A stretch of 64,000 nt of DNA from an uncultured delta proteobacterium (GCA_963771465.1 CAVYTU010000019.1:1-64000); one strand, 5' to 3'; counted from the first letter of the stretch, positions 19,751 to 30,452 are shown. Numbers and translations: made by a program. Notes: generated from the letters alone by a model not told the origin.

Positions 19751-19774
19751 TGCCGATTTCATCGGAATACACAA

Positions 19775-20965
19775 CTAAGATTTAGGCGATGAACGCGATG
19801 ATAGTGTGAGTAGCGTGATCGCGCCGATTACTCCGAGCAGACCCATACCGAAAAAAGACAGTCCGATCGAAGTGATCTCGGCCAGACTGCCGAACGCCAG
19901 TTGGCCAGTGAACGAGCACGCGCGCATTAAAGTCGTGCGCATACCGAAGGCCAGGCCGCGTTCCTGCGCGGCGACCGTATCGGCGATCTGGACCACAGTG
20001 ATCACTGCCAGGAAGCCGCTACTGATACCGAACAAGAACGTCAATAGCGCCAGCGGAAGATGTCCCAGGGCGACCGGCATCAACATCAGTGGCACTGCGT
20101 TGGCAAGAATCGTGATGGTGAGAGATTTTTCCAGCGACCAAAGACCGGCCGTCCAGCGGACCGCGGAGCGGCCAAGCACCGTGGCGAAGGTTGTAATGGC
20201 AAAGAATGAGGCGATCTCCGTCGCCGAGTAGATTCGGTAAAGCAGTACGGGGAGAAACGCTCTGTGGAAGCTGCGCAGCAGAGCGAAACAACCGGCGCCC
20301 AAAAGCACCATTTGCACGGCGCGATGGGATAACAGGCCACGGAAACCGCGCAGCGGCTCGGGCTTTTCTTCCGCGCCGCCTGGCTCGGCGGCTGGAAGAA
20401 ACCAGAGCGGCACGAGAGTCAAAGCGCAAAATATCGCCGTGCAAGCGAAAGAAGCCTGGAAGCTCACCAGGTCCGCGAGTGCGCCGGCGAGAACCGGACC
20501 AGCCAATTCCGCCAAACTCGAGAATAGAGCGAAGTCGCTGATACCTTTGGTGCGCTGCGTGCCATGGGCCAATCCAGCTACATAACTATGAAAACCGAGG
20601 ACGCTAACCGTACCGAAAATACCGGTGAGAAAAGTTGGCAGGATCAGCGCTGCCGGCGCGCTGATGAAAAGAAAAATCAGCATCGAAAGCACCTTGCAGA
20701 GCGTTGCGTAGCTGACGGCCTTCTTAGCTCCGAGCCTGTCGATCTGTTTTCCCGCCGGTAGGGCGACAACGAAACCGGCAATGCTCGAGGCTGCGACAAT
20801 CACGCCGACGACGGCAGGCGATGCTCCTTGCTCAAGCGCATAGAGAGGGATCGAGAAATGAATCATGCCGACCGACAACTGATTGGCGAATCCGGTCATA
20901 TTGGCGAGCCAGACGGCGCGGGCCGTTGAGATATTCCGGGCCGTATCTTTCCCGCTGCTTTCCAT
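19775..20965 (-). CDS. MFS transporter
   Basis: About 12 hydrophobic segments; motif A GKQIDRLGAKK. Confidence 0.9.
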   Translation of the reverse strand: MESSGKDTARNISTARAVWLANMTGFANQLSVGMIHFSIPLYALEQGASPAVVGVIVAASSIAGFVVALPAGKQIDRLGAKKAVSYATLCKVLSMLIFLFISAPAALILPTFLTGIFGTVSVLGFHSYVAGLAHGTQRTKGISDFALFSSLAELAGPVLAGALADLVSFQASFACTAIFCALTLVPLWFLPAAEPGGAEEKPEPLRGFRGLLSHRAVQMVLLGAGCFALLRSFHRAFLPVLLYRIYSATEIASFFAITTFATVLGRSAVRWTAGLWSLEKSLTITILANAVPLMLMPVALGHLPLALLTFLFGISSGFLAVITVVQIADTVAAQERGLAFGMRTTLMRACSFTGQLAFGSLAEITSIGLSFFGMGLLGVIGAITLLTLSSRSSPKS

Positions 20966-21610
20966 GATTTGTAACCTAACAGCTTGCTGGAAAGAGGTGA
21001 AACCGAGTGCGACGAATTCGCTGCGCGTGAAATAGCGCTAGAAAGGCGAGTGTCGCGCTTCGCTTACTTGATAATCACCCGGGCATAGAGAAGAGAATTA
21101 GTTTCACGCAATGGAGACTGAAGGTAGAGATCAAAAGCGCAACTTTTGTAGCTCTCCTCCGATAAAGCTCTGTCTATTTGGTACGAATCATCTGCGGCCG
21201 TGGATATTGCCGATGCAGACGGCGAGCGTTTCAGCTTCCACTTACAGTAGTCCCTCAGGATTCGGACGTGATCAAAAAATGACCGGAGAAGGAAGAGTCG
21301 CGTCGGTAAACACGCCACTGGTGCCGGTTGGTCAGGTAGGCACAAAGATTCCCGCGGAGAACAATTTGTTTTTCTTTCCCCGTTGAATCAACTCGTCAGC
21401 GTTTGATCGCCTAAAGAAATGTTCGGGTCGGAGCATACTAAGTTCTCCGCTAGTCCCGCGCCGGCCGGAGGCTTGAAACAGGTCACAGAAATATCAATTC
21501 CTGGTGATCCGATCGCCGAGGCGTTATCCCACACCGAAGAGTCCGCCGGCAAAGCCGGCGCTGGAACACTTGGAACCATTGAAACGCCTCACGCCTGATT
21601 GTTGTTATGC

Positions 21611-23305
21611 CTAAAAATTTTTTTTCATGATCAGTAGATTTCCATCTTCCAGCCTTTGATACTCGATCCCGTCCATCAACTTTCGCATGAGATGGATTCC
21701 CAATCCGCCTGCCGTCTTTTCATCGAGGGGCGTGGTAACGTCCGCTTCGGGCGCCGTGAGCGGGTTGAAAGCCCGTGCGTCATCTTTCAATTCCGCGATA
21801 ACTTCTCCCGATTCAACCCTAATACGGACTAGGATCTCATGCTCGCGATGATCGGAATAACCATGAGAGATAATGTTGGTGACTGCTTCTTCCAAGGCGA
21901 GGTTAAGATCGTACAGGACACTCGGCGTAAGCTGGTGGCCCGCGGCAAATTCGCCTAGCCGCTCGCCTAATCTCGCGATTTCCGCGACTCTGTTTTTAAG
22001 AGTGAACTGCAGCTCTCCGTTCTTGCTTCCGGCTGGCCCCAAGTAGCGTATTGCAAGAGCCGTGATGTCGTCTGATTGCTCTGCGCCCGCGGCGAAAAGT
22101 GTTATCTGGCTGGTCAGGTGTTCAGTCTGCTCCCGGGCGGAGGCGAACTTGGTTTGAGTCAAAATCGATTCCAGCCGCCGCTCCGAGAAGAACTGCCCCG
22201 CCGGATCCAAGGCCTCTGTGACTCCATCCGTGTAAAGAAAAATCGTTTCGCCGGAACCAAGTACCAAACGACCCCAACCGTAGCTACTGTCCTGGACCAG
22301 GCCGAGCACTCTTCCGTCCGTTTGCGGCACCTGTTGAACACCGCCGCGAGAGATATGGTAAGGAGGATTGTGTCCACCGCTGCTATACTTGATCTCGCCG
22401 GTACGAGTATTGAGAATGCCGCAAAACAGGGTGGTAAACATTTGCGAGTCGTTATCGCGGCAGATCTGCCGGTTTAGAGTCGACAGAATGTCGGACGGAT
22501 TCTGAACTCGGGCAGCGATAGCTTCGAAAAGCGTCTTGATCACGGCCATAAATAGCGCCGCGGCCACCCCTTTGCCCGAGACATCGCCGATTGCAAAGCA
22601 CAGGCGATCTTCGTCCAGAAAGAAAAAATCATAGAAGTCTCCGCCAACTTTTTTTGCCGGCGCAATTGCGGCGAAAATGTCCAACTCGCGGCGCTCCGGG
22701 AATGGCGGAAAGGTCTTAGGCAACATGCTCATCTGTATGTCGTGCGCGAGCTTTAGCCCCTCCTCCAGACGCTCCTTCTCGATATAGGCTTCGATCAGAC
22801 GCCCGCGCTCCAGCGCCACGGTGATGTGATCGCTCAGCCCGGCCAAGAGGGATTCGTCGATTTCGTCAAACGTTTGGCGGTTTTTTTTATTCAGTATCTG
22901 AATCACGCCGACCAGGCTGTCGCCGTTGCCGATCAACGGCAAGCAGAGAATGGAGCGGGTGCGGTAACCGGTCTGTTTGTCGAAGGTCGGATCAAACCGC
23001 GGGTCCGCATGGGCGTCGGAAATGTTGATCGGCGCGCGTGTTTTGGCGACGGTTCCGGCGATGCCAACCCCAACCGGAATGCGAATTTCATTGATCTCGA
23101 GCTTCTGCGTGGTTTTGCTCCATAGTTCGTTGCGGGGTTGGTCGTAGAGAAAGAGCGTGGCGCGCTCCGCGTCCATGACCTCCGCGGCCTTGGCCACGAT
23201 GACTTGTAAGAGGTTGTCGAGCTTAATTTCGCTGGCGAGGGCTTTGGCAACCCCCAATAACGCTTTCAGGTTTCGCGCTTGGCGTTCGCTATCGACGGCC
23301 ATCAT
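21611..23305 (-). CDS. GAF-SpoIIE (PP2C) phosphatase fused to an anti-sigma kinase (HATPase_c) domain
   Basis: GAF (DAHADPRFD..FDKQTGYRTRSILC); VGGDFYD, DVSGKG, YTDGVTEA, DDIT; LEEAVTNIISHGY...GGLGIHL. Confidence 0.92.
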   Translation of the reverse strand: MMAVDSERQARNLKALLGVAKALASEIKLDNLLQVIVAKAAEVMDAERATLFLYDQPRNELWSKTTQKLEINEIRIPVGVGIAGTVAKTRAPINISDAHADPRFDPTFDKQTGYRTRSILCLPLIGNGDSLVGVIQILNKKNRQTFDEIDESLLAGLSDHITVALERGRLIEAYIEKERLEEGLKLAHDIQMSMLPKTFPPFPERRELDIFAAIAPAKKVGGDFYDFFFLDEDRLCFAIGDVSGKGVAAALFMAVIKTLFEAIAARVQNPSDILSTLNRQICRDNDSQMFTTLFCGILNTRTGEIKYSSGGHNPPYHISRGGVQQVPQTDGRVLGLVQDSSYGWGRLVLGSGETIFLYTDGVTEALDPAGQFFSERRLESILTQTKFASAREQTEHLTSQITLFAAGAEQSDDITALAIRYLGPAGSKNGELQFTLKNRVAEIARLGERLGEFAAGHQLTPSVLYDLNLALEEAVTNIISHGYSDHREHEILVRIRVESGEVIAELKDDARAFNPLTAPEADVTTPLDEKTAGGLGIHLMRKLMDGIEYQRLEDGNLLIMKKNF

Positions 23306-23428
23306 TGAACTTGGAAAAAATATCGTAGATCAGTATGCAGGTTTTTTCGATGGCGTTGCAACAAGGGGGCCTTTGAACGCAGCGCGGAAGGACAAGTATG
23401 TTCCTCTTGAAAACCGCGCCGGCCGATT

Positions 23429-24271
23429 TCAGATGTAGGCGTGCCTCAGCATCTCCGCCGCGGTTTCATCTAGTTGATCGGCACGCCGGACTTCTTCAAA
23501 ACGCGCCAGCAAATCATTCACTCGCAGCCGGCGCTTATCCGCACCGCGAAAATCATGAATGATCCGTCCCCGGTGCATCATGATCAGCCGATCGCCGAGA
23601 TTAGCTCCCTGATGCATGGAATGCGTGACCATCAGCGTGGTTAGCTTTTCCCGGCAGACGATTTCGTCGGTCATGTGAATGACTTGATCGGCGCTCTTGG
23701 GATCCAATGCCGCCGTGTGCTCGTCGAGAAGAAGCAATTTCGGCTTCAGCCAAGTGGCCATGAGCAAGGTCAGCGCCTGCCGCTGCCCCCCCGAGAGGCT
23801 GCCGATAATGTTCCCGAGCCGGTCTTCCAGGCCGAGATTCAACTGCTTCACGCGATCGCGCAAACCTTTCTTTAGCTCCGCCGATAGCGCCCACCCGAGC
23901 CCCCGGGAAAGACCCCGCCGCGTCGCCAGCGCGAAGTTCTCGGCGATGGACATGGAGGCGGCGGTGCCGCTGAAAGGGTTTTGGAAGACCCGACCGATCA
24001 TTTCTGCCCTGCGGTGCTCCGGCCATCGCGTCACGTCGTGATCGGCCAAGCGGATGGCGCCGGCATCTACCGGGAAACTGCCCGCAACCGCGTTGAGCAA
24101 AGTCGATTTGCCGGATCCGTTGGTACCGATCACGATCACCCAGGAACCCTCCTCGATGTTGAGGTCGACACCGCAAAGCGCTTGCACTTCATTGGACGTT
24201 CCGGGATTGAACGTCTTGCAAACATTTTTGAGCTCAAGCATTAGGCACCGATTCCGGCTGCCCTCCGGCAA
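23429..24271 (-). CDS. ABC transporter ATP-binding protein (putative Trp/Tyr-type); start may be ATG 24241
   Basis: GTNGSGKS, VFQNP, LSGGQRQ, LLLDEHTAALDP. Confidence 0.93.
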   Translation of the reverse strand: MPEGSRNRCLMLELKNVCKTFNPGTSNEVQALCGVDLNIEEGSWVIVIGTNGSGKSTLLNAVAGSFPVDAGAIRLADHDVTRWPEHRRAEMIGRVFQNPFSGTAASMSIAENFALATRRGLSRGLGWALSAELKKGLRDRVKQLNLGLEDRLGNIIGSLSGGQRQALTLLMATWLKPKLLLLDEHTAALDPKSADQVIHMTDEIVCREKLTTLMVTHSMHQGANLGDRLIMMHRGRIIHDFRGADKRRLRVNDLLARFEEVRRADQLDETAAEMLRHAYI

Positions 24272-25205
24272 CCGGCTTGACGGCGCTCGGCTTTTTTTCG
24301 AACTTGGCCAAAAGTCGCGGCAGGATCAGCGCCACGAAAACAAACACGGCGGTGATCAGTTTGAGGTCGTTGGGATCGAGCCCCCAACGCAGAGCGATGG
24401 CGACCAGCAAGCGGAAGAGAACCGATCCCATGACGGCGCCCGTGAAGGCCAGTCCCAAACTCCCCGGTCCAACCAAGGCTTCGCCGATGATGACGCTGGC
24501 GAGTCCCCAGACCACCATGCCGATACCCATCTGGACATCGGCAAATCCCTGGTATTGCGCCAACAGCGCTCCCGATAGCGCGACCAATCCGTTGGAGAGC
24601 GCCACGCCAAGCACGGTCATGCTTTCGACGTTTGCCCCGAGCGCGCGAATCATTTGAGAATTGTCGCCGGTCGCTCTCATGGCTGTGCCAAGATTGGTGC
24701 GAAAAAAAAGATAAAGCCCGAGACCGATGAGAGCGACAATGGCAAAGGCCATCAGCAACATCGAAATGTCACGCATACTGACCAGCCATCCGCCGAGGTT
24801 GATATCTCCGGTGGAACCTAAGAACAGGGCTCCCGCGCGTTCGGCGTAAGTCCCCACGGTATTTTCGGAAAGCAAGGGCACGTTGCTCTTGCCCATGACA
24901 TGAAGATTGACGGAATAAAGCGCCGTCATTACGAGAATGCCGGCAAGCAGCGCCTGGATTTTGAAATAAGTATTAAGGATACCGGTGATCGTGCCCGCCA
25001 GCACCCCTCCGGCAAAGGCGGCCGCAGTGGCCCAAACCGGATCGACGCCTTGGACGAGCAGCACGGCGCAAAGCGCCGCGCCAAAAGTAATCGACCCGTC
25101 GGCCGTGATATCCGGGAAGTGAAAGATGCGAAAGGTAATAAAGACACCGAGAGCGAGCAGCGACAAAATCAAGCCGATGGTCAAGGCGCCGATCAGTAAT
25201 GCCAT
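24234..25205 (-). CDS. ABC transporter permease (putative Trp/Tyr-type)
   Basis: PDITADGS, LLAGIL..ALYSVNL, G.AMRATGDN, QYQGFADVQMGIG. Confidence 0.92.
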   Translation of the reverse strand: MALLIGALTIGLILSLLALGVFITFRIFHFPDITADGSITFGAALCAVLLVQGVDPVWATAAAFAGGVLAGTITGILNTYFKIQALLAGILVMTALYSVNLHVMGKSNVPLLSENTVGTYAERAGALFLGSTGDINLGGWLVSMRDISMLLMAFAIVALIGLGLYLFFRTNLGTAMRATGDNSQMIRALGANVESMTVLGVALSNGLVALSGALLAQYQGFADVQMGIGMVVWGLASVIIGEALVGPGSLGLAFTGAVMGSVLFRLLVAIALRWGLDPNDLKLITAVFVFVALILPRLLAKFEKKPSAVKPVAGGQPESVPNA

Positions 25206-25208
25206 GGG

Positions 25209-26447
25209 TCATTTCTCCGCGGAAATTTTCGCGATCGAGCCGATCCAGCAGACGCCGCGAAAGAATTCACTCTGGCCGGCGCCCGATTCACGTTCGTCGT
25301 TGAGCAAGTGCAGGACACCCTCCAGGTTCTCGACTTCGAACAACCTTCTGGCGGCCTCCTTGAGATCCGTTTCGCCTTTTTTGAGCGGATGGTAGGAAAA
25401 CGACGCGGCGTGAAAATGACCGGCGAGGTCGCAGTCCTTCGCCAACGGTCGGACGATGGGATTAAGGCGCGAGCGTTGGTTCGATGTCGCGACGCCGACC
25501 ACGAAAGCGAGGGATCTCGCGTAGGCGCGCTCGGCGGTAAATGAAAGCCACTGGCGAATCTGCGGGTGCTCGAACACGGGCTGCGGCGCTGCTTCGAGCG
25601 CGGGCGAACGGCGCAGGGCTGCGCCCATGAGACCCGCCGATTCGGCGATCATGGCGACGGCAATGGCATCGCTCCCGGCCATGTCCCGGCACGCTTCGAC
25701 GATCTCGCGCAAGGTCAATTGCAAGGAATTGTCCCTGCTTTCGAAGTAAACGATTTTTGAAAAATCGCCGTCGCAGGCGAGGCCGTAAAGCACTTGCAAG
25801 CGCGGCACGAAATCACCGGTGGACAGAATATAATCGGGAACGTTGCTGCCATCCGTCGGCAGATACGCCGCAACGCCGGCTGCCGCCAAAAATTCGCCAA
25901 ACCTGCTCTGGCAGTCCGCGAAATTTTTGCCGAAGGCGCCCAGGCCGATGCCCAGCGCTTCTTGACCGAACGGCAACTCCTGACAATGCTCTTTGTGGAA
26001 TTGACATCCCGCCAGCAGCTCGGGAGAGCCGATGAGGCGCGCCGTCATGGTACTGAGGCGGCTTTCGAGAATGTCAAAGCGCGCGTTGCCGCGGACGAAA
26101 GTCTCCGCTTGCGCAGGCGCGGTGACGTGAACGTCGCCGCTTGGCGCTTTCTCAAACAGCAGCTCGGCTACGCCAGCCAATTCCAACACGGACCGCACCG
26201 CGTCGGAGGGTTCCGCTACTGCAAAGGTCCCGCGAATCTCTTGGAGTTGTTTATAGCTCTGGAACAACACCCGGATGCCGGCGGAGCTAACATACTCCAC
26301 CTCTTTCATGTTGAGACGGATAGAGCGTGCTCCCTCGCGCAACACCTCGGCTATTTCATTGCTCAAATGCCCGGCCCAATAGGCATCGAGCCTGCCTTTG
26401 GCTTTTAACTCGAACGTGTCGTCCAACCGCTGTCGGGTAATTTCCAT
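25209..26447 (-). CDS. STAS (anti-sigma antagonist) domain fused to a ~300-aa unassigned domain
   Basis: KGRLDA...EYVSSAGIRVL (phosphorylatable Ser)...VRSVLELAG. Confidence 0.85.
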   Translation of the reverse strand: MEITRQRLDDTFELKAKGRLDAYWAGHLSNEIAEVLREGARSIRLNMKEVEYVSSAGIRVLFQSYKQLQEIRGTFAVAEPSDAVRSVLELAGVAELLFEKAPSGDVHVTAPAQAETFVRGNARFDILESRLSTMTARLIGSPELLAGCQFHKEHCQELPFGQEALGIGLGAFGKNFADCQSRFGEFLAAAGVAAYLPTDGSNVPDYILSTGDFVPRLQVLYGLACDGDFSKIVYFESRDNSLQLTLREIVEACRDMAGSDAIAVAMIAESAGLMGAALRRSPALEAAPQPVFEHPQIRQWLSFTAERAYARSLAFVVGVATSNQRSRLNPIVRPLAKDCDLAGHFHAASFSYHPLKKGETDLKEAARRLFEVENLEGVLHLLNDERESGAGQSEFFRGVCWIGSIAKISAEK

Positions 26448-26448
26448 C

Positions 26449-28434
26449 CTATTGACCGATGACCTCGTCGGCTTTTTTTACGAGGGAGGGTGGAATCGTC
26501 AAGCCGATGTGCCGCGCCGCCTTGGTGTTTACAACTAATTTCGTTTTGCTGTAGGGAATAAAGGGGATTTTGCCGGGGTTCTCGCCGCGCATAACGCGAA
26601 CGGCCAACAAACCGGCCTCTCTCCCCGCTTCATCGTAGTCGCGAGCCAACACGACCGCTGCGCCTTGTCGCGCCTGAATGGTTTGAAACGCGAAGATCGG
26701 CAATTTCGCTTTGTTGGCGGCCGCGACGATACTCGGAAAGGCCGCGGCCGTGAGGTTTCCCGGAATCTGGCAAATTACGTCGATGCGCTGACTGGTCAAA
26801 GCCAGCGCGGCGTCGGCCACGTCGGCACTGGTATTGGCTGCTAGGGCGACGACCTTGAAGTCAAGTTTTCGCGCCGCCTCGTTCAATAGATCTCGGTGGT
26901 AAACCATGTTGACTTCCGCCGGCACAAACAAAGTTCCGACCACCCGCGCGCCGGGTTGTACCTGGCGAATCAGTCCGAGCATCTCGGCATAGGCGGCGGT
27001 GTTGTAGACCCCGGTCACGTTGGGCAGATGATCCTCGTCGCTCCGGCCGGCTCCTGCCGCCACCGCGTTGGCCAGATAGGTAAAGACGATGGGCTTTCCT
27101 GCCGCGCGTTTGAGAGCGGCCTGCAGTGCCGGCGTCGACAGCGTGATCAAGAGGTCCGCCCCCTCGGTGATCGCGGCATCCACCAAGCCGTTCACCGTCG
27201 CCATGTCGCCTTGCGCATTGCGAACGTCGACAACGTAGTCCCGCCCTTCCTTCAAGCCGGATTCACGGAAGCCCGCGCGCACGCCGGCTTCCGCTTCTTC
27301 CACGTCTTGAACGTTGTTGTATTCGATGATTCGCACTTTCCACTTTTTTGCCAGCGGGCCTTGAGTGTTATCGGCCGCCGCGCGTGGCGCCGCCTTGGTG
27401 TGCACTCCGGTTTCGTTCACGAGAATATCTGCACTTGCAGCGATATCGTCTGGGATACGCCACGGGTCCTTCAAGCCGTTCACGGCGAGTCGGTTGACCA
27501 CCAGCCGCCGCGGCGCGAAATCACGCACGGGGATCTGCGCCGGATCGGCGCCTCCAATGATGTCCACCGCCAATTTTCCGGTGAGTTTACCGACCTCATG
27601 AAAATTTGCCCCAAGATCGAGGATCGTACCGCGCTCGGGATCGCCGGGAGAAATACCGAAAACCGGAATGCGCGCCTTTTTCGCGGCGCTCAGGACCGAG
27701 TTCAAGGCAGAAAGGATCGTATTGTCTCCAGGCACCCACAACGCCTCGGCCCCTCGTGAAGCGAGCGAACTCGCCGCCTCGAGAACGCCCGATGAATTAT
27801 CTACGTGCGCTTCCAAAAGCTCGATTTGTAATTCCTGCGCAGCCTTGCGCGCCTGGCCGACGTAACCTACGGAATTCGACTCTGCGGGATTCCAGGCCAC
27901 GCCCACCGTTTTAAGGCGCGGAAACATTTTACGCGCGAGCCGAAAGGATTGGTCCACCGGAGCCGGGATCCCGGTTCCTACGAAATGGCGCGGGTGGTCC
28001 AATGGGGCATCGCGTCTAAGCCCGACCCCGGCCGCAAAAGGATCGGCTACCAAACCAAAGACGTGAATGGCCTTGCCCTTCGTGTTCGCTTTGGCGACCG
28101 CCTGCATGGCCGGAGTGCTGAAGGTCAAGACCATATCGAATTGGCCGTCGGTGACTTGCCGCGCGATGGCGTTGAGCGTCGCCATGTCGCCTTCGGCATT
28201 GTACTGGCGAAGCGTCATATTTTGCCCGTCGATAAGCCCGTTCTCGCGCAACGTCTCGAGGGCTCCCTCGAGACCTTCGACGAGTACGGGTTGAGAGGAC
28301 AAGAGTACAATCGCGACCTGAGGAATTCGCTGTGCCGCGGGTCGCCGCTGGTGCCAGTCCGAAGCAAGCAGGAGCACCGCTGTCAGGGCAATGAGAGAAA
28401 GGCCCAAAGATAATCGCGCAATCACCGAACGCAT
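26449..28434 (-). CDS. Tandem-duplicated ABC substrate-binding protein (ABC_sub_bind type)
   Basis: Two repeats of NA(E/Q)GDMAT.N...TPA(M/L)QA; N-terminal membrane anchor. Confidence 0.88.
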   Translation of the reverse strand: MRSVIARLSLGLSLIALTAVLLLASDWHQRRPAAQRIPQVAIVLLSSQPVLVEGLEGALETLRENGLIDGQNMTLRQYNAEGDMATLNAIARQVTDGQFDMVLTFSTPAMQAVAKANTKGKAIHVFGLVADPFAAGVGLRRDAPLDHPRHFVGTGIPAPVDQSFRLARKMFPRLKTVGVAWNPAESNSVGYVGQARKAAQELQIELLEAHVDNSSGVLEAASSLASRGAEALWVPGDNTILSALNSVLSAAKKARIPVFGISPGDPERGTILDLGANFHEVGKLTGKLAVDIIGGADPAQIPVRDFAPRRLVVNRLAVNGLKDPWRIPDDIAASADILVNETGVHTKAAPRAAADNTQGPLAKKWKVRIIEYNNVQDVEEAEAGVRAGFRESGLKEGRDYVVDVRNAQGDMATVNGLVDAAITEGADLLITLSTPALQAALKRAAGKPIVFTYLANAVAAGAGRSDEDHLPNVTGVYNTAAYAEMLGLIRQVQPGARVVGTLFVPAEVNMVYHRDLLNEAARKLDFKVVALAANTSADVADAALALTSQRIDVICQIPGNLTAAAFPSIVAAANKAKLPIFAFQTIQARQGAAVVLARDYDEAGREAGLLAVRVMRGENPGKIPFIPYSKTKLVVNTKAARHIGLTIPPSLVKKADEVIGQ

Positions 28435-28494
28435 GACTCCCTATCTCCATGCTATTTTCTGCCGACTCTGTCAATAAATTAGGCGTTTTCAAAA

Positions 28495-28770
28495 ACGTTT
28501 AAAGTTCCGAGTTCAAAGTTCAATGTCATTACTCTCGGTCCAGTTGTTCCAGATATTTCAAATGTTGCAAACATCAGTCAGGATCAGACTTATACGCCTC
28601 GACTATTTGGCGGTTTATCCGCTGGAACTATTGGAACACCTGGAACGAGTTGCGCTGGAGCATTAGAACTCATGAGCCCAACGATTTGAACGGAGCGCAG
28701 CGGTTGAGCGGCTTGAACGTTTTGAACGACCTCAGTTTTAGATGATTGGAACATTTGGAACGGCTTTATT
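28495..28770. repeat. Degenerate GTTC(C/A)A / T(T/G)GAAC short-unit repeat tract
   Basis: Many 7-9-nt units in both orientations. Confidence 0.65.
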
Positions 28771-28776
28771 CACGTC

Positions 28777-30060
28777 TTGAGGAGGAGGTCAGGCCTGCAG
28801 GCTGTGCCGTCTGCCGCAGTAGACTTAATGGACGACATCAGTTATCGAATAGTTGAAAGAGGAAAACAGAAATTGACAGCGCGTTTGTCGTATGTTGGGA
28901 ATTGCTTGGCTGGCATTATGGGTCTTCTCGTGCTTGCTGGTAGCGGCGTGGCGCAGTCGAACAAGACGCCGATACGTATCGGCGCGCTCCACAACGTTAC
29001 CGGGTCTCTAGGCTCGATCGGACAACCGTCACTCGACGGCGCGCTTCTCGCGGCAAAACAGCTCAACGAGCGGGGTGGCGTCCTCGGGCGACCCGTCGAG
29101 CTCGTCGCGCGCGATGCACGCAGCGACCCGGCCGTCGTTGCCGCGAGTACGCGCGAGTTGGCGCGCATGCCGCACATGGCGGCAATCACCGGCCTCAACG
29201 ACACGGAAATGGCGCTTGCGGCAGCTCCAGTTGCCGAAAAGGCACGCATGGTCTTTCTGACCTCGGGCGCCACCTCCCCGAAAGTACCTTTTGAGTTCCC
29301 GCGATTCTATTTTATGACGTGTTTCGGCGATAACACTCAGGCGGCCGCGGGGGCCGAGTATGCACACGGCGCGCTCGGACTGAAGACCGCCTGGCTGCTC
29401 TTCGACGATACCACCGACTTCACCGTGCTGCTTGCCGGTTATTTTAAGGGACGCTACACGGCGCTCGGTGGCCAGATCCTTGGCGAGGATACGTATGCGG
29501 GCGGCATGCTCGATTTCTCACAGCAAATCGCTCGCGTTCTCGCGCTGCCAACGCCTCCCCATATGCTCTATGTTTCCGCCGGTCCTGACGACATCGGCCG
29601 ACTCATCAAGCAGATGCGCGAGGCCGGTCTCGATCAACCGATCTTTGGCGGCGACGGTTACGACACGCCGCTGCTGCTCGACACCGCGGGCGCGGCCGCC
29701 CACGACACTTACTTCACGACTCATGTTTTTCTCGATCCATCGCAGGCGCCTCCCCTGGTGCGGCAGTTCGTCGCGGACTATGAAGCCGAGTACGGCGTTC
29801 CTCCAGACACCGCCTTTGCGGCACTCGCCTACGATGCGGTCATGCTGGTCGCGAGCGCCATCGAGCGCGCGGGCTCGGCCAAGCAGAAGGCGATCGCCGA
29901 TGCCCTCGACTTAACCGACGGGTTTCCAGGCGTTACCGGCGCGATCAGTTTCACCCCGGGAACGCATATACCAGAAAAGGAAGTGACCATCGTGCACATC
30001 GTCGGCGACAAGCCGACCCTCGCCGCAGTGATCCAGCCGCAAGAAGTCCCTGCTCCATAG
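28777..30060 (+). CDS. Branched-chain amino acid (LivJ-like) ABC substrate-binding protein; start uncertain (28828 or 28918)
   Basis: PIRIGALHNVTG, LNERGGVLGRPVELV..D, ALAYDAV, FPGVTGAISF. Confidence 0.9.
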   Translation: MRRRSGLQAVPSAAVDLMDDISYRIVERGKQKLTARLSYVGNCLAGIMGLLVLAGSGVAQSNKTPIRIGALHNVTGSLGSIGQPSLDGALLAAKQLNERGGVLGRPVELVARDARSDPAVVAASTRELARMPHMAAITGLNDTEMALAAAPVAEKARMVFLTSGATSPKVPFEFPRFYFMTCFGDNTQAAAGAEYAHGALGLKTAWLLFDDTTDFTVLLAGYFKGRYTALGGQILGEDTYAGGMLDFSQQIARVLALPTPPHMLYVSAGPDDIGRLIKQMREAGLDQPIFGGDGYDTPLLLDTAGAAAHDTYFTTHVFLDPSQAPPLVRQFVADYEAEYGVPPDTAFAALAYDAVMLVASAIERAGSAKQKAIADALDLTDGFPGVTGAISFTPGTHIPEKEVTIVHIVGDKPTLAAVIQPQEVPAP

Positions 30061-30069
30061 GAGCGCGCT

Positions 30070-30215
30070 CTTTCAAATCGTTCACCGTTCAACGACATTT
30101 TTTAGAGGCGCGTTCAAGCCGTTCAATCCCCCGGATCGAGTCCAGGGTCCGTTCAAGTGGTTGAACGAAGTCGGTTCCAAACGTTCCAGGGGTTCCAGCT
30201 GTTCCAAACGTTTAA
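30070..30215. repeat. Second GTTC(C/A)A repeat tract
   Basis: GTTCAA and GTTCCA units repeated about 10 times. Confidence 0.65.
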
Positions 30216-30274
30216 TCCGCCGCAGGATACTTTGAAGTTGCGCTGCTCGCCAGGTTTTGGGAGGAGAGTCATCA

Positions 30275-30357
30275 GGGTCAAGCCTGAGTATTGATTTATG
30301 ATAGGTTAATCGTCAACCCGGGTTAAATCTTCTAATTTGACATTTCGGATTTTCGTC
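30275..30357 (+). repeat. Type-A element left part
   Basis: GGGTCAAGCCTGAGTATTGA...TTGACATTTCGGATTTTCGTC; same upstream flank GGAGGAGAGTCxTCA as 11617. Confidence 0.85.
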
Positions 30358-30452
30358 TCGTCGACTTGGACTTGTAACGTCCGCGCGCCCTGCATTAGAC
30401 TCTCGCATCGGTTGGCTTTGTCCGTCACCTTCCCTGCTGGGTTTTCCGCACG

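Noticed and set aside
21090-21580. Possible gene between the MFS and phosphatase genes
   Set aside because: Multiple stops in all frames; probably a decayed fragment that I cannot assign.
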